This document shows positions 27,516-32,000 of a stretch of DNA of 32,000 nucleotides, piece after piece. This stretch comes from Planctopirus limnophila DSM 3776 (lineage in GTDB: Bacteria; Planctomycetota; Planctomycetia; Planctomycetales; Planctomycetaceae). The notes below the pieces were generated by a model that worked only from the letters and a program-made list of their open reading frames with translations, made no database searches and was not told the origin of the DNA. The translations under genes and the position numbers were made by a program. Position 1 is the first letter of the stretch. Every line of letters starts with the position of its first letter. The DNA lies in the NCBI RefSeq assembly GCF_000092105.1, contig NC_014148.1, positions 5,310,001 to 5,342,000 on the forward strand, given 5' to 3'.

Positions 27516-27588
27516 TGGAGCGGAGGGGAGTCGAACCCCCGACCTCAGCATTGCGAACGCTGCGCTCTCCCAACTGAGCTACCGCCCC
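27516..27588 (-). tRNA. tRNA-Ala (anticodon CGC), CCA not encoded
   Basis: The reverse complement is GGGGCGGTAGCTCAGTTGGGAGAGCGCAGCGTTCGCAATGCTGAGGTCGGGGGTTCGACTCCCCTCCGCTCCA. It folds as a cloverleaf with the G3:U70 Ala identity pair, anticodon loop TTCGCAA and a GTTCGACT T-loop. Confidence 0.95.
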
Positions 27589-27804
27589 GATCTCGCATGA
27601 ATGAATTTTATCTGGTTCGATCATCGGCGGAAAGGCTCTACCCGGTTTTGTTACCCAGCACCTTTTGTTGAGTGGAGTTTGACGCTGAAGGGGATGACCG
27701 GAGGTGAGAGATGTTCCAGGCAGGAGCCGGTGATGGTGATGTCGTCTTCATCGCCCACGAAGCAGGTCTCGGGGGCGGAGATGCCGCTGACAGCACACTG
27801 GCAG

Positions 27805-27845
27805 GGTTCTGGAGACGGTTCGGGACTGGGCTCGGGGCTGGGTTC
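27805..27845. repeat. About 3.4 copies of a degenerate 12-nt tandem repeat (GGYTCNGGRVMB); encodes (EPSP)n on the - strand and (GSGx)n on the + strand
   Basis: Read directly: ggttctggagac ggttcgggactg ggctcggggctg ggttc. Confidence 0.8.
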
Positions 27846-27948
27846 AATTGATCTTTGTGGAAACACAGATAGCCCGCGACACTCCCTGTTTCGGGCCTGG
27901 TCGGGGGCTATCTTGAGCTGTTACTTGAAGAACAGAAGCATGCCACTA

Positions 27949-28470
27949 TCAGAGATGCATGAGATAGACGATGTTTTTGTCGATATCAACGGCGATCTGA
28001 AGTCCAGTGTGATCCTCGTAGTATTTGCCGTTCTTGATTTGATCGACACTCTGCAGGAGCCTGCCGAATGCTTTTGTCGACTTTCTCGCAGTTATCGACA
28101 TGGTTGAGGGTGGAGGGCTGGTGGGTTTGGACGGCCAGTTCTTATACTTCATATTCATATCGGGATGAAATTCCATGAGATCTCCGAACTTTTCGATATC
28201 AGCTTTCTCCGCCTTGAAAATGAGGAATTTGTCCACATCCTGGAAGCCATAGGTGTGGAAAGAGATTTCCGTGGCTGATGTCGGCACTCCGACATTCCGG
28301 GTGATCTGGAGTATCTTCTGATAACAGGGGTGTTTCACTGCTTCCTGATAGGAGACCTTCCAAAGATCCGTTCTGTCCGTCTCGATGGAACACCCGCATG
28401 GCAACAGCACCAGACACATGATCAGAAAACAGCGGATATCCATGGATCTCAAGATGTTCCAAGTATTCAT
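27949..28470 (-). CDS. Exported, probably lipid-anchored hypothetical protein
   Basis: N-terminus MNTWNILRSMDIRCFLIMCLVLLPCGCS (signal with Cys). AAGGAA lies 6 nt upstream of the ATG at 28470. No family was recognised. Confidence 0.6.
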   Translation of the reverse strand: MNTWNILRSMDIRCFLIMCLVLLPCGCSIETDRTDLWKVSYQEAVKHPCYQKILQITRNVGVPTSATEISFHTYGFQDVDKFLIFKAEKADIEKFGDLMEFHPDMNMKYKNWPSKPTSPPPSTMSITARKSTKAFGRLLQSVDQIKNGKYYEDHTGLQIAVDIDKNIVYLMHL

Positions 28471-28574
28471 GGAATGTTCCTTAATAGGCTGCCAGTAGAA
28501 TCGTTGGGTGGATGTCAGTGAACATTATTGTCATACCACACATCGAATGATCGTTTATCTCTGATTACATATAA

Positions 28575-29621
28575 TTAATGCTTCAGCTCATTTAGGTAAT
28601 TTTCCAGTAACAACTGCTCCCGCTTCAATTCCGCCTTCTCGACGGGCAACCTCCACTGGAATTCGCACGTGGAGGCGATCCTCTTGTCTTGGCGGCCCCC
28701 GTCGATTCCGTATTCGCCCGCAAGGATCATTCGATAGGCTATAGGTCGGCTGCAATCGAAGATCCTGCCGAGGGGCAACGTCAGACGATGCGTGGTCTTG
28801 GCGGGGATGAGGATCGTCGTTAAGCCCGCTTCGTCCTTTAGGCTTTTCCCGAAGCGGGTTTTCACCACCGCGTGGAGTTCCTTCTCGGGGGTATAGGCAA
28901 GTGATCCGTTCGGGAACGCCGTCACGACCTGGAGTGAGGTGATCTTGAACTGTATCGGTTGGGCCGACTTGTTTTCGATGGAGATCCGCGTGGCGAAGTC
29001 TGGTGGGGTCTCCGTCTCGCCGGTGGAAGTAGCAATATTCCCGGTGATCTCCAGATCGAGATTGCCTGTCTTCCAGGAGACTGCCGATTCGGAGGGCTGC
29101 GTCTCCTCAGCCGGACGCGTTTCTACGATCGTGAAAGGGATATTGACAATCCTGGTGCCGCAATCGATGTCGACCGAGTACTTTCCGCTGGCGGTCAAAT
29201 CATGGCGCTCGTTCAACAGGGCGGTTCTTGTGAAGGCCTTGAGGTGCGGGTCGAAGGTGTCGGCGAACTCGAAATCGCGGATTCCTAACTTGGGATTCCA
29301 CACGTTTGATATGAGAAAATCGTGGAGCGCAACATGAGGAATCGACGTGCCATTCTCCCCCTTTACGGTGAATCGGAAGAGCTGATGTTGCCATTGGCCT
29401 TGAATGGCTTTGGCTTGAGGTGTGCGGCGATAATGAATTGTGACCTTAACCGGTTCGCCAGCGAGATACTCCCGGCCTCTTTTCGGAGAAGCGATGTGGA
29501 TCTCGTATCCATTCTCCGTGGCGATCCATTCTGGGGCAGGCGCGGCTACTTGATTGGATTGGGCTTGAGCACGAATGGAACCGATCAAGGCAAGTAATAT
29601 CATCGCGACGAACATCCGCAT
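28575..29621 (-). CDS. Secreted hypothetical protein (about 348 aa, beta-rich)
   Basis: Signal peptide MRMFVAMILLALIGSIRAQA-QS. GAAGGTG lies 6 nt upstream of the ATG at 29621 (the ORF opens at GTG 29630). No family was recognised. Confidence 0.7.
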   Translation of the reverse strand: MRMFVAMILLALIGSIRAQAQSNQVAAPAPEWIATENGYEIHIASPKRGREYLAGEPVKVTIHYRRTPQAKAIQGQWQHQLFRFTVKGENGTSIPHVALHDFLISNVWNPKLGIRDFEFADTFDPHLKAFTRTALLNERHDLTASGKYSVDIDCGTRIVNIPFTIVETRPAEETQPSESAVSWKTGNLDLEITGNIATSTGETETPPDFATRISIENKSAQPIQFKITSLQVVTAFPNGSLAYTPEKELHAVVKTRFGKSLKDEAGLTTILIPAKTTHRLTLPLGRIFDCSRPIAYRMILAGEYGIDGGRQDKRIASTCEFQWRLPVEKAELKREQLLLENYLNELKH

Positions 29622-29787
29622 GGCTGTCACCTTCGTGGGTTCAATCTCCGATCATCATTCCTGAAATTCTTCAATGCAGAAACTTACTTGGCAAACATTT
29701 TGAAAAGAAAACCGCCTTTACTCGTCTAACGGCTCATATTTCGTTTCACTGGGCAATAGGGATGTGGGTGACCGCGTGACCACCAAA

Positions 29788-30396
29788 TCAACCTTGAATT
29801 GATGGAGTCTTTCCAACTCCTTCCAGGCATTTTTTTCGGGCGAGTTGAGCGCTTTCCGCCTTATCACCCTCTGTCTTCTGGAGAATCAGGATCTGCTCCC
29901 TCACCTCTGGAAACCGCTCTCGAAGCATTCCCTCAAGAAGCGTTCGATGTCTATGATATGCCGATGATTCAAAGCTGACCCATTCGACGGCGGGCCATGT
30001 CATCACTTCCAGAAGATCCGCATATGGGATGTAGCTACAGGAGTCTGAAAGCATATAGACGCGCAGCACTCTGTCCTTGTTGGGAAAATTCTGGATCAGT
30101 TGGCTGGGCTCAAGGCAACCCGGCTTCGAACTATCTCCTGTTCGATCGTAATAGAGAGTTAGTCGTTCGATGCGAGACCCTGACAGTTGTTGAATGGGGC
30201 TCCGCCATGCCTTGCTGTCGATCAATGGCCAGTCCACATCACCATTGATCGAGCTGAACGACCATTGCTTGAGATACTCTCTGGTCATCCGGTAGCGGCC
30301 GTAGGAATCGATGACGGAATAGCTGAACGACAACAGCAGGAGACAGGCAAGCGATGCCAGAGTAATCCATATCCATCGTTTCCGATTTCGTGACAT
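29788..30396 (-). CDS. N-terminally membrane-anchored hypothetical protein, paralogue family member P1
   Basis: The TM anchor is WIWITLASLACLLLLSFSYSVI. The shared motif is IQNFPNKDRVLRVYMLSDSCSYIPYADLLEVMTWP. Confidence 0.65.
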   Translation of the reverse strand: MSRNRKRWIWITLASLACLLLLSFSYSVIDSYGRYRMTREYLKQWSFSSINGDVDWPLIDSKAWRSPIQQLSGSRIERLTLYYDRTGDSSKPGCLEPSQLIQNFPNKDRVLRVYMLSDSCSYIPYADLLEVMTWPAVEWVSFESSAYHRHRTLLEGMLRERFPEVREQILILQKTEGDKAESAQLARKKCLEGVGKTPSIQG

Positions 30397-30406
30397 CGCA
30401 CACCTG
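30250..30406. repeat. Copy A of a 157-bp direct duplication (6 mismatches vs 31224..31380)
   Basis: Aligned base by base at a constant offset of 974 nt. It covers the 5' UTR end and the first 49 codons of P1. Confidence 0.9.
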
Positions 30407-30588
30407 CCTTTTTGAAAGTAAAGAATCCATCAAGGTAGGACTTCTTCCGTTTCCACAATATCAAGAATTCGTCCAGACCACTCGGGCACATCGGGCGTCA
30501 TGGCCAGCGCGGGGGAGACCGATCCATTCGGTTGGGAGGGGCAGTCGGCCCGGGGACGCGGCAATACTCCGCGTTCAATAAACAAGGC

Positions 30589-31200
30589 TCACATTGACAA
30601 AGGATCTTTTCGCTTCTTCGCGATAGTTCCAAGTTCTTGCCAAAGCAGCTCGACATACTTTTTAAGATTACGGCCATGCCTTTCGTTTATCTGTGCCTGT
30701 TCAATCGAAAACAAAATAGAAATCACGCGTTCAAACTCCTCGCCAGGAACATTTTGCAAACATCCGTCGCTTTCGATCGTGACCTTGTTGTGCGGCCATT
30801 TGGTCAGATGGAAAAAGACGGCGGGGATCTCGGACTGTTCGACAGATCCAGACAACACAGTGTGAGTCACGCCATTTTTCAGAGGGAAGCTGTCGATGAT
30901 TGGCAGAACCCGTACCACCCGTTCAATCCCCGTGTAGGGCAACTCCGGTTCGACGAAGAAATCCACTTCGGTTGGATTGGTGTCGAACCATGCCACGAAT
31001 TGTAAGGGAAGTTGCTGCCGCAGTGCGGCTGGCAGATAGCTCCCCTGTTTAGTGGTGACATGTAAACCATTTTGGCGAGACGTGTGAATGTATCTCCATA
31101 GGACAGCCCGTTCATACGTTTGCTTGACGATCAAGACAAGTGCCACCAGAAACAGTCCTGTCACCACGTACCGCATGATATGATCACGGGAAGTCGTCAT
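30589..31200 (-). CDS. N-terminally membrane-anchored hypothetical protein, divergent paralogue P2
   Basis: The TM anchor is YVVTGLFLVALVLIV. The motif is IDSFPLKNGVTHTVLSGSVEQSEIPAVFFHLTKWP. GAGGA lies 6 nt upstream of the ATG at 31200. Confidence 0.65.
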   Translation of the reverse strand: MTTSRDHIMRYVVTGLFLVALVLIVKQTYERAVLWRYIHTSRQNGLHVTTKQGSYLPAALRQQLPLQFVAWFDTNPTEVDFFVEPELPYTGIERVVRVLPIIDSFPLKNGVTHTVLSGSVEQSEIPAVFFHLTKWPHNKVTIESDGCLQNVPGEEFERVISILFSIEQAQINERHGRNLKKYVELLWQELGTIAKKRKDPLSM

Positions 31201-31370
31201 GGCGAGTCCTCAGTTTTAGTTCGCGAGCTGAACGACCATTGCTTGAGATACTCTCTGGTCATTCGGTAGCGGCCGTAGGAATCAATGACGGAATAGCAGA
31301 ACGACAACAGCAGGAGACAGGCAAGCGATGCCAGAGTGATCCATATCCATCGTTTCCGATTCCCTGACAT
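31197..31370 (-). pseudogene. Truncated 5' copy of a P1-like gene (57 codons: TM anchor only), stop overlapping the P2 start (ATGA)
   Basis: MSGNRKRWIWITLASLACLLLLSFCYSVIDSYGRYRMTREYLKQWSFSS is near-identical to P1 residues 1-49. Homology then breaks abruptly into RTKTEDSP-stop. Confidence 0.55.
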
Positions 31371-31380
31371 CGCACACCTG
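31224..31380. repeat. Copy B of the 157-bp direct duplication
   Basis: See copy A. Weaker similarity continues about 30 nt further upstream (30407-30436 vs 31381-31410). Confidence 0.9.
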
Positions 31381-31502
31381 TGTTTTCTTGAATAAAGCAA
31401 TGGCTCAAGGCAAAAGTCTTTTGATCTGCACAGTATTTAGAATCCATTAAGAAGCTTGGATAATCTTGTAAATCGACAAGCTGCCTGCGATTGTCCTCTC
31501 GG

Positions 31503-32000
31503 TTAGAACTCAGTTCTCGCTGGGGGAGAGTTTAATTCGATGTATCTTCTCACCTCTCGATGTGCTTCGGCTAAGGAGTCGTTAGAGGCTTTTGAATTCA
31601 TGACATTCAGCAGGCGCTCCCTGAGGCCGGGGAAATGTTCGCGGGAAAGGTTCTCTCCTGGGAAAAAAAGTGCATTGCACCGGAATGATTCGAGATTGGG
31701 CCAACCCAATACCTCCACGATGTCGGCGTAGGGCAGATTGCCGGTCGGAAACGCGATCTCCACATGCGTCACAAGCGACTTTTCCGGGAAGTTGTGAATC
31801 GAATGACTGGGCTGTTGATACCCCGGAAATGCATAGCTGCTTGTCAAACTTGATTGCGATGGCGAAATATCTGCATACGAGATTAATAGTTCGTCACACA
31901 TACGAGTATCACCCAAGATCGCCAGCGTGGTATCCTGGAACTGGCCGATCCGTGTCCTTTTCTGGGGTAACAACTTGCGCGCATCGTAAATTAAACAGAT
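31503..32000 (-). CDS. Paralogue family member P3, 5'-partial (reading frame open to the window edge)
   Basis: IHNFPEKSLVTHVEIAFPTGNLPYADIVEVLGWP...EHFPGLRERLL aligns with P1 IQNFPNKDRVLRVYML..IPYADLLEVMTWP...ERFPEVREQIL. No in-frame stop occurs between 31973 and 32000. Confidence 0.6.
   Translation of the reverse strand: MCLIYDARKLLPQKRTRIGQFQDTTLAILGDTRMCDELLISYADISPSQSSLTSSYAFPGYQQPSHSIHNFPEKSLVTHVEIAFPTGNLPYADIVEVLGWPNLESFRCNALFFPGENLSREHFPGLRERLLNVMNSKASNDSLAEAHREVRRYIELNSPPARTEF

Noticed and set aside
27601-28107. 168-aa plus-strand ORF
   Set aside because: It overlaps the lipoprotein-like gene on the opposite strand and derives its GSG repeats from the 12-nt tandem repeat. The strand contradicts the rest of the block.
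27516-32000. Classical tRNA-integrated genomic island
   Set aside because: No integrase was seen, and no direct repeat of the tRNA 3' end. The block lies on the 5' side of the tRNA rather than the 3' side. It is kept as an accessory block, not as an integrative element.
1-32000. CRISPR arrays, transposases, IS ends, rRNA, tmRNA
   Set aside because: No regularly spaced repeats of 24 nt or more were found, no transposase- or integrase-like ORFs, and no tmRNA tRNA-like end near smpB.

Overview
The window holds about 30 protein genes and one tRNA. By gene content it looks like a Planctomycetota-type chromosome (inference): scattered housekeeping genes, a DUF1570-like HExxH protein, FHA and multi-zinc-ribbon orphans. 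Confident housekeeping calls are rluB-like pseudouridine synthase, pyrK, obg, prs, a THUMP RNA methyltransferase, a GT4 glycosyltransferase, argG, DUF58, hemP, a CapD-family dehydratase, smpB, ftsY and tRNA-Ala(CGC). Three stretches look accessory. (1) 12.7-14.1 kb has almost no assignable coding sequence but a strong orphan terminator. (2) 14.1-16.9 kb is a stress-type cluster: two DUF2294 paralogues, a BON-like protein, DUF3309, a Gly/Tyr/Asn-rich secreted protein and a second orphan terminator. (3) 27.6-32.0 kb is an all-minus-strand block beside the tRNA that encodes only exported or membrane-anchored orphan proteins. It includes a tandem three-member paralogue family and a 157-bp, about 96% identical duplication that leaves a truncated 5' gene copy. 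Block (3) is my best candidate for an undescribed system, and its function is unknown. The window also has strand-asymmetric low-complexity tracts downstream of genes (60 nt C-free followed by 95 nt G-free heptamer repeats), which recur at the window start. No CRISPR array, transposase, integrase or rRNA was seen.
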